Shown: positions 29,349-40,534 of the stretch, in pieces
How positions within the stretch are numbered: the stretch's first letter is position 1
Layout of the letters: each line of letters opens with the position of its first letter
IMG/VR virus record: IMGVR_UViG_3300025759_000090
Span: 852 to 64,851 of that record
DNA length: 64,000 nucleotides
Source: a virus
Taxonomy: Duplodnaviria > Caudoviricetes
Strand: one strand, 5' to 3'
Notes under the pieces: model-generated
What the model saw: only the letters and a program-made list of their open reading frames with translations
Told to the model about the DNA's origin: nothing
Databases searched by the model: none
Program-made: the position numbers and the translations under genes

Positions 29349-29777
29349 ATGACATGGCTATGGAATGAAATGGATGACGAAAATACCCTAATGAATACTG
29401 ATAATTATGATTCAATTGTCAGAAATCTTGGAGTTGGATATGTAGTTTTGAGAGATTCTTACAAAGATGGTTTTGTTGGTGTAAAATCCAATGACCGTGA
29501 ATACTTTGTATGCAATGCTTTCAAAGGTGGTTGGGATAACCCAACATTCGATGGAGAAAACCCATCCGGTGATATCTACACTTCTATAATCAGCCCCTAT
29601 GCTCTACGCTTGAATATTGATTTACTATTTGACAATGATTTCAAATCTGTACCTGTGTTGGCTGATGATAGAAACTTGAATGTTTCAATAATCGGAGTTG
29701 ACACAAGCCGAGATGAAATTGTTGTTAAAGTTCAATTTTGGAACAGGGCTTACGGAACTGACGATATACTATACTGA
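29349..29777 (+). CDS. hypothetical protein (accessory cassette)
   Basis: GGAGATGAAAAAAATG RBS/start; followed by a terminator. Confidence 0.65.
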   Translation: MTWLWNEMDDENTLMNTDNYDSIVRNLGVGYVVLRDSYKDGFVGVKSNDREYFVCNAFKGGWDNPTFDGENPSGDIYTSIISPYALRLNIDLLFDNDFKSVPVLADDRNLNVSIIGVDTSRDEIVVKVQFWNRAYGTDDILY

Positions 29778-29797
29778 AATAGATACCTAACAAAATC

Positions 29798-29829
29798 GGG
29801 GGTCGCCTTCGGGCGACTCCCTTTTTTTT
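29798..29829 (+). terminator. intrinsic terminator (TTCG loop)
   Basis: GGGGGTCGCC-TTCG-GGCGACTCCC followed by T8. Confidence 0.85.
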
Positions 29830-29883
29830 ATTTTGAAATTCGATAGATATTCTATTGAACCACGTTTGCCCGATAGAGCCAAT

Positions 29884-30990
29884 ATGAGCGACTTCTTTGA
29901 CTTGATAGTGGAACATTACAACCCAACGTCAGAAGCGTGGGAAAACGTAACTATAACGGGTGTAATCAGTATCAAAGTCAAACACCGATTGAATGCCCCA
30001 TCCGAATGTCAAATTGTTCTATCAAATGTAAAAGGAAAAAGAGCATTTACAATTTCAAGAGGCGATAGAGTTACAGTCAAAGCAACACCGAATAAATGGA
30101 TTTCAGGAAGCGTTACAAAACCGTTTGTATTTTGTGGAATTGTCTCAGATATAGAAACTTCAAATTCTACATATTCAGTTCTTGTTTACGATACATTGGG
30201 TTTATTGTCAAATGAAATTATATTATCTAATCCATTATCAATATCAACACGTTCAGATGGTGCTTCTGTTCTGAAAGAAATTGTTTCAGGGAGTTCATAC
30301 AATCTACTAACAAGTCTTGAAAAAATGTTAGGTGAAACAAGAATAATAATTCCAAGTAATTTGAATCTAAAAGGTAAGACAAGATTATCGGGAATGCAAT
30401 CCGTTCTATCTTTGATTAATGCAACTCCAAATCTGTTCAGATTATCTTCAAGTCTCTCAGAAAGACGTGTTGAGTTCAACAGGCTACCTTCGCTTGATGA
30501 TACAAATTACACGCCATATATCGCTGGAAGATTACCAAGAACTACTGCACCTTTGGATATCATACCAACTTCAATAATTAGAGAAGAAGATGATTCTGAT
30601 TTGATTAATGTTGTTTCAGTTCAAAATAGTGATTTAGATATTCTAGTAACTGAACCAGCAATTTTGCCAGCATCACCGATACAAAGATTGTTTGAAGAAA
30701 GTATGATTTCTGACGAAGTTTCTGCAAGATTATTTGCACGTCAAATTTTGAATCAACAGGGAGTGGATAAATCAAGATGGATTGTAGAAGCAATCCCAAA
30801 CAGATTGGATATTATTGCAGGTGATATTATTGAGTTCAAATCTGTTGAAGGTGGGCTTGCTGGAAAACATATGGTTTTCGATGTTACTTGGAACATGACT
30901 ACGGATGGTTGTGATATGACTTTGACAGTTGGCCGACAAGCCCCTGATTTCATTACATCTATCAGATTTGCAGCAGGTCAAAGTATTTGA
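29884..30990 (+). CDS. putative baseplate hub / tail tip protein
   Basis: About 370 aa; FCGIVSDI and IIAGDIIEF...VFDVTW pattern typical of hub proteins; structural-class promoter. Confidence 0.6.
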   Translation: MSDFFDLIVEHYNPTSEAWENVTITGVISIKVKHRLNAPSECQIVLSNVKGKRAFTISRGDRVTVKATPNKWISGSVTKPFVFCGIVSDIETSNSTYSVLVYDTLGLLSNEIILSNPLSISTRSDGASVLKEIVSGSSYNLLTSLEKMLGETRIIIPSNLNLKGKTRLSGMQSVLSLINATPNLFRLSSSLSERRVEFNRLPSLDDTNYTPYIAGRLPRTTAPLDIIPTSIIREEDDSDLINVVSVQNSDLDILVTEPAILPASPIQRLFEESMISDEVSARLFARQILNQQGVDKSRWIVEAIPNRLDIIAGDIIEFKSVEGGLAGKHMVFDVTWNMTTDGCDMTLTVGRQAPDFITSIRFAAGQSI

Positions 30991-31130
30991 TTACAAATCT
31001 GACTATTACGAATATCAAAATAGTGGTGTTTTAAGCCCGTCTTTTTTTCGGGTGGTATGATTTGACCTGTTGACGAAAAGAAGCCCTTAGAATGCTTGCA
31101 TTCATATCGGTGGGGGTAAAATCAGTTGTC

Positions 31131-32870
31131 ATGGCCGTAGTCAAAATCAACATCCCCTCAAAAAACAGACTTCCTGACCTTTGGGAAGATATTCAACCTG
31201 ACTTTCCAATGCCTTCTCCAAGAACATATCAGGCCGAAGCATTATCTGTAATCAAATGGGCTTTGGATAATGATGATTTTGATAACATAATTGTTCAAGC
31301 ACCAACAGGTATTGGGAAGTCAGCAATTGCTATGACTTTACAGAAGTGGTTTCAATCTGCATATCTACTCGCACCAAGTCTTGGTTTGACTGAACAATAC
31401 AAGAGAGATTATGGTTCATCTTTGAAAGAAATAAAAGGGAGAAATAATTTTCCTTGTTGGGTTAGAGAAGGTACAGCAGAATCAGCACCTTGTTATGGTG
31501 CAAAGCGTTCATGTCCTCATACAAAAGAGGATGACCCATGTCCGTATTATGAACAGAAATTTGAGGCTGCAAATTCAAGATTAGTTTTATCGAATCCAGC
31601 ATATCTTTTCAGATTGATTCAAGGAGACAAAAACTTTGGTCAAAGAGAATTTACAATTGTTGATGAAGCACATGATATGGAATCATTTCTTCTAGGATTA
31701 TTTGAAACAAGAATTACTCTTGGAGATTGGGCGTTGGCTCATGGCTCAACAACTAATTTTCCAATGCATTATCATGCGGCAGATTGGATTCCAGCGATTA
31801 CAGAATTACACAAAGCGGCACAGGTTGGAATAGAAATATCTGAACAGAATGAAGATGAGAAAGCAACAGAAAGATATCGAAAATTATTGGGTAAAACTAC
31901 GACACTTCTTGAACTACTGAAAGAACCAAATCGAGTTGTTGTCGAAAATGAATCTGACCGGAACGGAAGGTATCTGAAAATAAGACCTGTTCGTGTCAAC
32001 AGGTTAGCATCAGAAATGCTAGAACGTGTCTCCAAAAAACGAATCTTTCTTTCAGCAACAATTCTCGATGTTGATACTTTTCTTTCAGGTCTTGGATTAG
32101 AAAATCAAAAGAATCTTTATGTCAATATTACCAAGTCTCCATTCCCCCCTGAGAACTTCAAAATACATTATGCCCCATGTGGTTCAATGTCATATTCAAA
32201 GAGAGACAAATCTGTTCTGAAACAGGTCAAAGCAATTGCTGCAATTATGGAAAAATATCCTGAGAGAAGAGGGGTTGTTTTACCACATAGTCATTTCATC
32301 AGAAATGCGATTGTGAATGGTTTGAAAGAACTCGGATATGGTGATAGAATTGTTACACATGATTCTAATCCAAGAGCAAGAGATGTTGCCCTGAAACATT
32401 TCTTTTCTAGCGAAGATAAAAGTCTAGTTTTGATTAGCACATATGTTGGTCAAGGATTCGATTTCAAAGGCAAGTTAGCAGAATGGTTGGTCATCTGTAA
32501 AGTTCCATATTTACCAATCAAAGGAGATGCCGTAATAGAGCAGCGTTTACAGGAAGATGAACACGCTTGGCGGAGTAAGTACGAAGGTACTCTTGATTGC
32601 CCTTATGAGCCGCCTACAAAGTATTCTAACGGTATGTGTGGGTCATTCAATTGCCCTGCCCCATGCAAGGCTTGGTATCAACTCCAAACAGGTCTAAAAT
32701 TAGTGCAAGGTGCTGGCCGAATAATCAGAAGTCCAACTGACAAAGGAGACTTGTTTATCTTGGATGGTTCATGGGCTAGATTTGCTAGAATGAATGCTCG
32801 ACTTTTACCACATTGGTTTCGGGGTTCAATCGGTGAAACACCGAATTGGTTGAAGCGACATATTCAGTAA
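31131..32870 (+). CDS. DinG/XPD(Rad3)-family SF2 helicase
   Basis: QAPTGIGKS, KGRNNFPC with Cys cluster, DEAH, LSAT, GFDF and QGAGRIIRSPTD. Confidence 0.9.
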   Translation: MAVVKINIPSKNRLPDLWEDIQPDFPMPSPRTYQAEALSVIKWALDNDDFDNIIVQAPTGIGKSAIAMTLQKWFQSAYLLAPSLGLTEQYKRDYGSSLKEIKGRNNFPCWVREGTAESAPCYGAKRSCPHTKEDDPCPYYEQKFEAANSRLVLSNPAYLFRLIQGDKNFGQREFTIVDEAHDMESFLLGLFETRITLGDWALAHGSTTNFPMHYHAADWIPAITELHKAAQVGIEISEQNEDEKATERYRKLLGKTTTLLELLKEPNRVVVENESDRNGRYLKIRPVRVNRLASEMLERVSKKRIFLSATILDVDTFLSGLGLENQKNLYVNITKSPFPPENFKIHYAPCGSMSYSKRDKSVLKQVKAIAAIMEKYPERRGVVLPHSHFIRNAIVNGLKELGYGDRIVTHDSNPRARDVALKHFFSSEDKSLVLISTYVGQGFDFKGKLAEWLVICKVPYLPIKGDAVIEQRLQEDEHAWRSKYEGTLDCPYEPPTKYSNGMCGSFNCPAPCKAWYQLQTGLKLVQGAGRIIRSPTDKGDLFILDGSWARFARMNARLLPHWFRGSIGETPNWLKRHIQ

Positions 32871-32895
32871 AACTTTGATGTTGGCCTCAACACGT

Positions 32896-33606
32896 TTATG
32901 CTCGGCAAACTCTTGCATCTCCAACTGCACAAACTATTTTCAAAGGCAGGTCATTCCATCCCCATTCAGCCGCTATTCTGAGAGAAGTTATTCTCCTAGA
33001 AGCGTTAGAACTGTTTCTTGATTCGTGGCCGCTAAGACCATATCCTGTGATTGCTGTGTAAATGTCAGAAGCAATGTATGTTTGCTTTGCGAATGCTTCC
33101 CATTCCCAAACTCTTTCATTGTATGCGATTGCAGAATGTGTTCCTTTTTGGATTTGATTAGTTTCAGATAATTTGAATGAGTAAACCCAATCTGCTTTGT
33201 TGAAGTTCCACACACACTTCAATCTCCTAGAAGCATATTGAGCAACGTGAACTAACTCATGTGCTAGGGCTACAATTGATTTAACTGAGCCATCGAAATA
33301 AACGTGAACACTTACAGCCGTAGCAAAATCATTTGCATCTGTATCATCCAATTGAACAAATGCTTCTTTGCCTACACCCCATTCGTCATATGTAGTTTTA
33401 CTTGCACATACAATTGATATTCTGAACTTGTTCAATGCGATTTTACTAACACCTTCTGTTGTTAATGTTTGAAACACACTTTCTGCAACATTCTTTGTTG
33501 TGTAAGGTGCTGACATATTCTCAGGATTATAGAAAATGATAGGCATTTTATATCCATCCACTAAAACGGATTCCCATGATGTTTGTGTCTCTTGCGTCTT
33601 GCTCAT
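32896..33606 (-). CDS. putative zinc metallopeptidase (HExxH)
   Basis: LAHELVHVAQY plus downstream WEWEA; own GGGAA-class promoter. Confidence 0.7.
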   Translation of the reverse strand: MSKTQETQTSWESVLVDGYKMPIIFYNPENMSAPYTTKNVAESVFQTLTTEGVSKIALNKFRISIVCASKTTYDEWGVGKEAFVQLDDTDANDFATAVSVHVYFDGSVKSIVALAHELVHVAQYASRRLKCVWNFNKADWVYSFKLSETNQIQKGTHSAIAYNERVWEWEAFAKQTYIASDIYTAITGYGLSGHESRNSSNASRRITSLRIAAEWGWNDLPLKIVCAVGDARVCRA

Positions 33607-33737
33607 GTAATGAGCAAGGGGGGCATTCCCCTTATCAATGTTTAGGCAATATCAATGGTTTTTGATATCAAAATTGTATTTTCTATCCACGCCAGCCATG
33701 TGATTCTTTCATAATGGTGGGCTAATCCTGATTGTTC

Positions 33738-34865
33738 ATGGTCGAAGATGCGATAATTGTAAGGCAAGCCCGTAGATGGATTCGTAAACAGGCGAAGGGG
33801 GATATGCCTGATGAATTGTATTCTGCACTAGCAGAAGGTGCTGATGGCCTTGAAAAAAGACAAATCAAAAGTCTTGCTAAAGTCTCAAGAATTGTTGCTG
33901 ATAATGGAACAATTCGACCATACAACGATTTCAAAAAAGATTGGAAATATACCAAGTCAATCTATGGTCATAGAGAGTCATGTTCGTTATGTGGAAAAAG
34001 ACCGATAGTTGAGAATTGTGTTTTACGAGATGAGGATGCAGATAGAGAAATCATTGTTGGAAATGTATGTGCATATAGATATGTAGAAATCACAGTTGAT
34101 AATCGAGTTTTAGATGGTGAAGAAAAAAAGGAATATCTCAAGAAAAATATGAAAGAAGCCAAACATAAATTTAACCGAACTACTTTCACTCAAAAATATC
34201 CATCTGCAATGTCTGACTTGAAAAGATATGAACAGATGATGACGAACAATAGATTTCTATCTCAACCAAGAAAAAAACTATGGAAATCTATTCATAGAAA
34301 CATGGTCAAGAGATTAATGTCTCATGGTTATCCAAGTCCTAAATTAAGCAGACAATGGGAATCATTTATGATTGATGCAGAAGAAGAATATCAAGAGTAT
34401 TGTCAACAAGAAAATGAACACCAAGATAAGATAAGAAAACTTGTAGAAGAACGACAAGAAAGAAGAAGAAAAATGGCTCAAGAAATTGCTAATAAAAGAC
34501 AAGAATGGCATGAGCAAACTAGGAAGTTTCAGATGATGGTTAAGTCTCTCGATAATCTAAGTTCATGGGAACAAACAATGTCCGTTAGAGTTGCTCAAAG
34601 AATTAAAAATCAAGGAGTCAAAAGATTGGATTCGGGTTACAAGAGATTTTACCAAGAAATAGTAATTAGATATGCTTTAGAAACGGGGGATGAAAATCTC
34701 CCATCAACACCACTATCAGAAGAGATACAGGGGTGGGATAAAACAAGATTAAATGGATGGGAAAATGATTTTGTAAAATCAATAATAATCAAGGCAATGT
34801 TGAATCGAGAAATGACATCGAAACAGATGGAAATTATTGAAAAAATTAGGAAGAGATTGGCATGA
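33738..34865 (+). CDS. hypothetical protein with zinc-binding motif and coiled coil
   Basis: CSLCG...VGNVC; GGTGGG promoter. Confidence 0.7.
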   Translation: MVEDAIIVRQARRWIRKQAKGDMPDELYSALAEGADGLEKRQIKSLAKVSRIVADNGTIRPYNDFKKDWKYTKSIYGHRESCSLCGKRPIVENCVLRDEDADREIIVGNVCAYRYVEITVDNRVLDGEEKKEYLKKNMKEAKHKFNRTTFTQKYPSAMSDLKRYEQMMTNNRFLSQPRKKLWKSIHRNMVKRLMSHGYPSPKLSRQWESFMIDAEEEYQEYCQQENEHQDKIRKLVEERQERRRKMAQEIANKRQEWHEQTRKFQMMVKSLDNLSSWEQTMSVRVAQRIKNQGVKRLDSGYKRFYQEIVIRYALETGDENLPSTPLSEEIQGWDKTRLNGWENDFVKSIIIKAMLNREMTSKQMEIIEKIRKRLA

Positions 34866-35146
34866 GATTTTTAGATGGTAAACCAATTCCTAAGCAGGTT
34901 CTAACGCCTGATAATAGGAACTTAGGTTCTCCCTCAAGAATAGCAGATGTGTATGGTGTAAGCATCATCGAAAAATGTCTAAATCCTGATTGTGAGAGAG
35001 AAGCAGAAATGGATGCATTACTACTATCTCCGTTGAATCAATTTCCCAATATTGTAGTCATATGTGGAGACAAAGGTTGTGGAGTTTATTGGACTTTGAT
35101 TGGTTCTCCACCAAAAGAAACAGTATGGCTTCATATCGAGGATTGA
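34862..35146 (+). CDS. small zinc-ribbon-like protein
   Basis: CLNPDC...CGDKGC; ATGA overlap. Confidence 0.6.
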   Translation: MRFLDGKPIPKQVLTPDNRNLGSPSRIADVYGVSIIEKCLNPDCEREAEMDALLLSPLNQFPNIVVICGDKGCGVYWTLIGSPPKETVWLHIED

Positions 35147-35173
35147 AAAGGGTGGGATAAACAGGTGGATAAT

Positions 35174-37186
35174 ATGGAAGAAAATCAGATAGAAGTTTTA
35201 CAGTCATCAGAAAGTGCAAGTAAGTTTACAGTTATGATTGGTGAACATGAAGTTGTTCTCACATTTTTGTCATCTAAGAAAGGGAGAATTGACTTCTCAA
35301 CAGACATAGATGGGAAGCCAAAAGGAAAACTAAATCTTCTATCTCAACACAGTATAAATCGGTTCGTTTCTGCTGCTGGTATTGCAGAAGGTCAGAAGCA
35401 ACTTTTCAAAGATACATTATTGGAAGTTGGAGTTATCATTAGAGATGCTAAATATACACCAGCACCCGAAGTTGTGAAGATTCCTGAAATTGACAAATAT
35501 CTTGGTCAAGATTCTACATTAGGAGTTGTTGATGCCAACACGATGGAAAAGTTTCTTGCTGACGAATTGTTGTTGGATAAAATCAACAAAATATTACACG
35601 AATCAAGAGACACGCCTTTCATTGGTGATGATACAAATTTATTGTTGACTTTTCTAGTTATTATGTCATGTAAAACAGACAACCCATTGAACTTGGAAAT
35701 GGTAGCAACTTCTGCTGCTGGAAAAACATACATGGTTTTGACTGCAAGAAATGGTGTTCCAAAATCAATGTGTATGGTTCTTGCAGGTGCAAGTAGAGAG
35801 GCTTTGAAATATGATTATGATGAGATTGATGATGAAGGAAATTTCATCATTCACGTTGATAACAAATGCATCATAATTTTGGAGAAAGATGAGTCATATT
35901 CTTTTGTCAAAAAAATGAAACCTTTGATGTCAGGTGATGATGATGAATTGGTTTGGAAAACACCAATCAAGAATGACTTGACAGGAGAAATAGAAACAAG
36001 AGATTTCATCATTCGTGGTCAACCCTCATTCATTACTTTGACTACAAGAAATCCAACAGAACAAGAGCAGATAACAAGAACTCTTTTGATGACTCCTGAT
36101 ACTACTGCTGGCAAGGTTGCTGATGTTGTGAAAAACTCTCTTTTGGCTAAAGCAAATCCTGACTTATTTCGGGTTCACAAAGACCTTACTTTAATGCAAG
36201 CATCCATGCTTTCGCTAGGCAAATATAGAGTTAGAAATATCTTCGCCCCTCAGATGGCAGATTTCTTCCCATCAAGGTCGGCTCAACATCAAAGAGATAT
36301 AGGAAAAGTCCTATCAATTATTGACTCGATTACATTACTACATCAGAAGCAAAGACCTATTTACACGAATTCAAATGGAGAAGAATTTTTACTTGCATCT
36401 ATTGAAGATAATATCATAGGTTTGGTGTTAGCAGATTTGGTTCTTAGAGCAAGCCTTTCAGGTGTACCCGATGACTCTTGGGCTACCTTTACTCAGATGA
36501 TTAAAATGGATGAGTCTAATAGGGCTTTAACGATTGATAATATACTACAATGGTTACACATCCATGCCTTCTCTCTTTCAAAGAATGCTTTGGTAGAAAA
36601 ACACCTTCCAACTCTTGAAGATTCAGGTCTAATAGAAGTTCTTAGAAGAGGCGGTGGAAGAGGCGGAAAAAAGAAAACTTACAAGATTGTTAAGACAAGA
36701 AAAGGACTCATGGATAATTATTCTTTGACTCCATTATTTGTAGAAGGAATCCGAAACAGTTTGATGGATATCATCTCAGAATATCGAAGTATAATTAACA
36801 AATCAGAAGTTCCAAATTCTGTAAGAAAGTTAGACAAAGGAGAAGGTGTAATATTGAAAGATTTGGGTTGTCAAAACAAAAAAGAATCTAAGGTTTGGAG
36901 AAGTCTTTTCTTGCCGACATATTTTCGACCAATCAATAAAGACACGTTGATGTCAACAATCATTGGAGATAGTGAACAGAAGGACATTTTGTTTTCAGGA
37001 AAATCTTGGTTAGATGATGAACTAGAATCAGATGCAACTCAAGATTTAGAGAAACATCGAGTCATAAAAGAAAAAGTTAGAGAAGCATCCAAAGTTCATG
37101 TTAATGCTGACGATAACGATGTATGGGATGCTCTCATGGAAAATCATTTTTCAGATGATGATTTAAATCCCACTAATCATTCATAA
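35174..37186 (+). CDS. P-loop ATPase, putative replicative (MCM/AAA+-like) helicase
   Basis: Walker A ATSAAGKT, Arg-finger-like QITR, C-terminal wHTH-like segment; first gene of the replication block. Confidence 0.65.
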   Translation: MEENQIEVLQSSESASKFTVMIGEHEVVLTFLSSKKGRIDFSTDIDGKPKGKLNLLSQHSINRFVSAAGIAEGQKQLFKDTLLEVGVIIRDAKYTPAPEVVKIPEIDKYLGQDSTLGVVDANTMEKFLADELLLDKINKILHESRDTPFIGDDTNLLLTFLVIMSCKTDNPLNLEMVATSAAGKTYMVLTARNGVPKSMCMVLAGASREALKYDYDEIDDEGNFIIHVDNKCIIILEKDESYSFVKKMKPLMSGDDDELVWKTPIKNDLTGEIETRDFIIRGQPSFITLTTRNPTEQEQITRTLLMTPDTTAGKVADVVKNSLLAKANPDLFRVHKDLTLMQASMLSLGKYRVRNIFAPQMADFFPSRSAQHQRDIGKVLSIIDSITLLHQKQRPIYTNSNGEEFLLASIEDNIIGLVLADLVLRASLSGVPDDSWATFTQMIKMDESNRALTIDNILQWLHIHAFSLSKNALVEKHLPTLEDSGLIEVLRRGGGRGGKKKTYKIVKTRKGLMDNYSLTPLFVEGIRNSLMDIISEYRSIINKSEVPNSVRKLDKGEGVILKDLGCQNKKESKVWRSLFLPTYFRPINKDTLMSTIIGDSEQKDILFSGKSWLDDELESDATQDLEKHRVIKEKVREASKVHVNADDNDVWDALMENHFSDDDLNPTNHS

Positions 37187-37210
37187 GGGTGGGAGAAACG
37201 GATAGGTTTT

Positions 37211-38413
37211 ATGTCGCCTAAAAAGACCCCAAGTAAATTGCCAAAGTATGCTGAAAAGAGATTACGCCCATTCATAGATAGTGGGATTTCAAAAGGAATC
37301 TTTACTGATGATTCCACAGTAATTCAACTGTTCGCAAACTTTGCTAAAGACCCAACAAACAAACCGCAAATAGACGCTCTAGGTGGAATGAAAAGTGAGA
37401 TAGCACAGTCATTCGTTACAGATGCAGTTCTGATAGATTTAACCAGCATTCTAAGACAGAAAAGATACACAGCACACGTTGATGTTTTTGAAGTTGCACA
37501 TAGGACAGTTGGAATCAATAAAGGCAATCCTCGACCTGCCTGTTTTATGATAGGTCAAGCAGTTATCGAAGATACAGATGGAAGCGTTATGGATTCAGCA
37601 CTTTTCAGAATGAGTTTATGGGATGCCGAAACTGCAATAGCAGACGATGTTGAAGCAGGTGGAACTTACTCTCTAAGTGTATCTTGTAGGAATCTTGATG
37701 CGGAAGTTCTTGACCTTAGAACTCTTTCAGGAATTACTTCTTTCAAATCAGAAAATTATGACCATTCTGATAGAAGTGAATTGCTAAAATCAATGTTCGA
37801 TATTACACCAATTTCTGACTTAGATGATGACATTAGCAGAAGCCCAACTGATTATCGTTTAGTTGAAGCAACTGTATCATATGCAGGTGTTCAGAATAGT
37901 AGGGCTGGAAGTCAATTTGGCAAGATGCTTTTGAAGGATGATTCTACTATGACTATGGAAGCAATTGAAAGTGGTGAAAACTTACTTTTGAATTGCATAA
38001 CATCAACATCTATTGCTTCAAGATTTGGAAAATACAGTCGCATTTTAGCACTCCTAACTACGAAAGATAATGGTGAATATGGACTATCTGCAAATGTAGA
38101 AACTGCAATTGGTATTATCACAGTTGCACCCCCTGTTCCTGAAACTTCTGTTGGTTCAGATGATGATGATGATGATGCTGCTGATTACTTCAATAATTCA
38201 GACATCAAAACAATCGGTGATGATGAAGATGATGAAGAAGAAGTTGTGGAAGAAGTTGTGGAAGAAGTTGTGGAAGAAGTTGTGGAAGAAGTTGTGGAAG
38301 AAACCGAATCTGAAACAGAAGAAGAAGCGACTGTTGAAGTCAACACGGAATCTAATGAAAATCCAAGTCCAGCAGAATCCGATGACGATGACGATGATTG
38401 GGAAGATTGGTGA
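37211..38413 (+). CDS. putative ssDNA-binding (RPA/OB-fold) protein with acidic tail
   Basis: RMSLWD and LKDDS OB-like motifs; long D/E tail ending DDWEDW. Confidence 0.6.
   Translation: MSPKKTPSKLPKYAEKRLRPFIDSGISKGIFTDDSTVIQLFANFAKDPTNKPQIDALGGMKSEIAQSFVTDAVLIDLTSILRQKRYTAHVDVFEVAHRTVGINKGNPRPACFMIGQAVIEDTDGSVMDSALFRMSLWDAETAIADDVEAGGTYSLSVSCRNLDAEVLDLRTLSGITSFKSENYDHSDRSELLKSMFDITPISDLDDDISRSPTDYRLVEATVSYAGVQNSRAGSQFGKMLLKDDSTMTMEAIESGENLLLNCITSTSIASRFGKYSRILALLTTKDNGEYGLSANVETAIGIITVAPPVPETSVGSDDDDDDAADYFNNSDIKTIGDDEDDEEEVVEEVVEEVVEEVVEEVVEETESETEEEATVEVNTESNENPSPAESDDDDDDWEDW
38236..38301 (+). repeat. 12-bp tandem repeat (GAAGAAGTTGTG)x5
   Basis: Read directly; encodes EEVV. Confidence 0.9.
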
Positions 38414-38418
38414 TTGAA

Positions 38419-39306
38419 GTGGCGAAAAAGAAAGTTGCGAAATATGCAGATTTGATTGAGTCATGCGACACAGGTTCAGATATGGCAAATAGACCCCAAC
38501 TAAGGCACATAAAACTGCAAGGATTTGCTGGTGGTGGTAAATCTCATTTCGCAATTTCTTTCTTCGCACATCAATCGAAAGGACTGAAACCCGAAGAGTG
38601 TTTATGTACGATTATTGATTGTGATTTAGAAGGTCAATCTGCTTTGGTGAAAAGAGAAGATATCTTGCCAAAAGAACTTCGACCAAGACTTCTGAGAAAG
38701 GTTTGTAGAACACCAACAGATGTCAATGAAATTTCACTTGCATTTATTGATTTACACAGGCAACATCAGGAAAAATATCCTGATGGATGTCGAGTATTAA
38801 TTTTTGAAAACGAATCTGCATTTTATGTTGGATGTAGAGATTTTTATTCTCAAGAAGTTCATGGTAAAAGTGAAGCAGATTTGATGCTAGAAAGACAAAC
38901 CCAAGCGATAGCAGAAGGCAAGAAAACTTTACCTGCTTTCAAGGAAGGTCAAATGCACTCATACAAAGTCATTAACAGATTATTCTTTACACCATATGAA
39001 AGGCTTAAAATTGCAGCAGAAATGTTTCAGTTTCACTTCCTATCAACTGTGCTTCTTAGAGAATATACTGAGGGGTATGGAACAGCCAACGAAAAGAGAG
39101 TTGTTACAGCAGCAGGTAGAGCAGAAATGACTGACCCTATCTTCGATTGGATTATTGAGTTTCATCAACAACAAAGAGCCAAAGGAAAAGAAATCAAAAC
39201 TAGACACATTTCCATTGTTAGAAAGAGTAGAGTTTGCACTCCATTCCAACTGATGAATCCGAATCAAGAAAAGTTTTGGAAGGCTGTTGAAGATAACAGT
39301 CAATAA
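38419..39306 (+). CDS. RecA/Sak4-like P-loop ATPase
   Basis: GFAGGGKS Walker A and IIDCD; lies between the SSB and exonuclease genes. Confidence 0.65.
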   Translation: MAKKKVAKYADLIESCDTGSDMANRPQLRHIKLQGFAGGGKSHFAISFFAHQSKGLKPEECLCTIIDCDLEGQSALVKREDILPKELRPRLLRKVCRTPTDVNEISLAFIDLHRQHQEKYPDGCRVLIFENESAFYVGCRDFYSQEVHGKSEADLMLERQTQAIAEGKKTLPAFKEGQMHSYKVINRLFFTPYERLKIAAEMFQFHFLSTVLLREYTEGYGTANEKRVVTAAGRAEMTDPIFDWIIEFHQQQRAKGKEIKTRHISIVRKSRVCTPFQLMNPNQEKFWKAVEDNSQ

Positions 39307-39337
39307 TTATCAAATAGAGACAAACTGAGGCATTGAA

Positions 39338-40534
39338 ATGAAAGTTCCGTACTTATCCGCATCAAGACTAAAACTTGCTCAGGATTGTATGTTTTCTTAT
39401 GGGAAAAAATACGACCCTGATACTGCTGATGATAGAACTATCAGATGGAAGAATGAACATCGAGATAATATGCAAGCAGCGAAGTTAGGAAATAACATTC
39501 ACAATGCTTTGGAAGAATGGAGAAGGCCGAACCCCGAAACAGGAAAAGTAAGAAGGCCATTGTTGAAAAAATTGCTAGAATTGTATGACGAAGAATCTTC
39601 TAAGAATGAAGTAAATTTCGATATGTATGAAGATGGAAAAAATATGATTAAAAGATGGTTCGTAGAAAGGGGTGGAAATAAGGTAAAAGTTCTTGCAGTC
39701 GAACAAGCATTTGGCTCACACAAAGCACCATACAAACTATCCAATGGAACACCCATTTTCGGTTTCATAGATTTGGTGTTAGAACACCCTGATGGAACAA
39801 TAGAATTGCTCGATTACAAATCGCAAAGAAAACCAATCAAACAAGAAGAAGCAGATTCAAATGTTCAGGCTGGAATGTATCTTGCAGTAGCAAGTGAAAT
39901 ATGGCCTGATAGAGATATCATTTTTACTTTTGATTTGTTACGATATGGAACTGTAACAACCATATGGTCAGATGAAAAAATAGACTCATTCAAATCATGG
40001 TTGAAAGGTAAGTATGAATGGATTCAATCTGTAACTGACCCTGTACCAACAATAGGTGAAGGATGTAAGTGGTGTCCGTTTGTAGATATATGTCCGACAG
40101 CACAGGATTTGATAATGAATGGTTCATGGGATTTGGTAGTGCCTGATGACCCAACTATTCTTGACCAAAATGAAATGCTTACAACTCTTGCATCAGTCAA
40201 AGCAGCACAGGCAATTTTGACTAAGAAAAGAAAGCAAATAGAAGATACAATAAAACAAGAATGGTTTGACATGGTTTCAGGTGGAGAAGCAGTAGAAACT
40301 AAGGAGTGGAAGGTTACATATGATGATAGAAAAAGAACAGAATATATTCCATCAGAAGTTCAAAGAATAGTAGGTGCAACAGCCTATGGTCAAATCTCAA
40401 CTTTATCTAAGACTGCTGTTGAACGAATATTGCCTATATTACCCGATAATGTAGCCGAAGAAGTAAAGAGTTCCGCTATTACTAAACCCTACCGCACATT
40501 GAATGTAAGACGAAAGGCGAATGACGAACTCTAA
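39338..40534 (+). CDS. PD-(D/E)XK (RecB/Cas4-like) exonuclease
   Basis: SASRL, GNNIHNALE, GFIDLV, LLDYKS, QAGMY and CKWCPFVDIC. Confidence 0.88.
   Translation: MKVPYLSASRLKLAQDCMFSYGKKYDPDTADDRTIRWKNEHRDNMQAAKLGNNIHNALEEWRRPNPETGKVRRPLLKKLLELYDEESSKNEVNFDMYEDGKNMIKRWFVERGGNKVKVLAVEQAFGSHKAPYKLSNGTPIFGFIDLVLEHPDGTIELLDYKSQRKPIKQEEADSNVQAGMYLAVASEIWPDRDIIFTFDLLRYGTVTTIWSDEKIDSFKSWLKGKYEWIQSVTDPVPTIGEGCKWCPFVDICPTAQDLIMNGSWDLVVPDDPTILDQNEMLTTLASVKAAQAILTKKRKQIEDTIKQEWFDMVSGGEAVETKEWKVTYDDRKRTEYIPSEVQRIVGATAYGQISTLSKTAVERILPILPDNVAEEVKSSAITKPYRTLNVRRKANDEL

Noticed and set aside
39338-40534. Cas4 as evidence of a CRISPR-Cas system
   Set aside because: It is a stand-alone PD-(D/E)XK nuclease next to SSB and ATPase genes, which is a normal viral recombination module.
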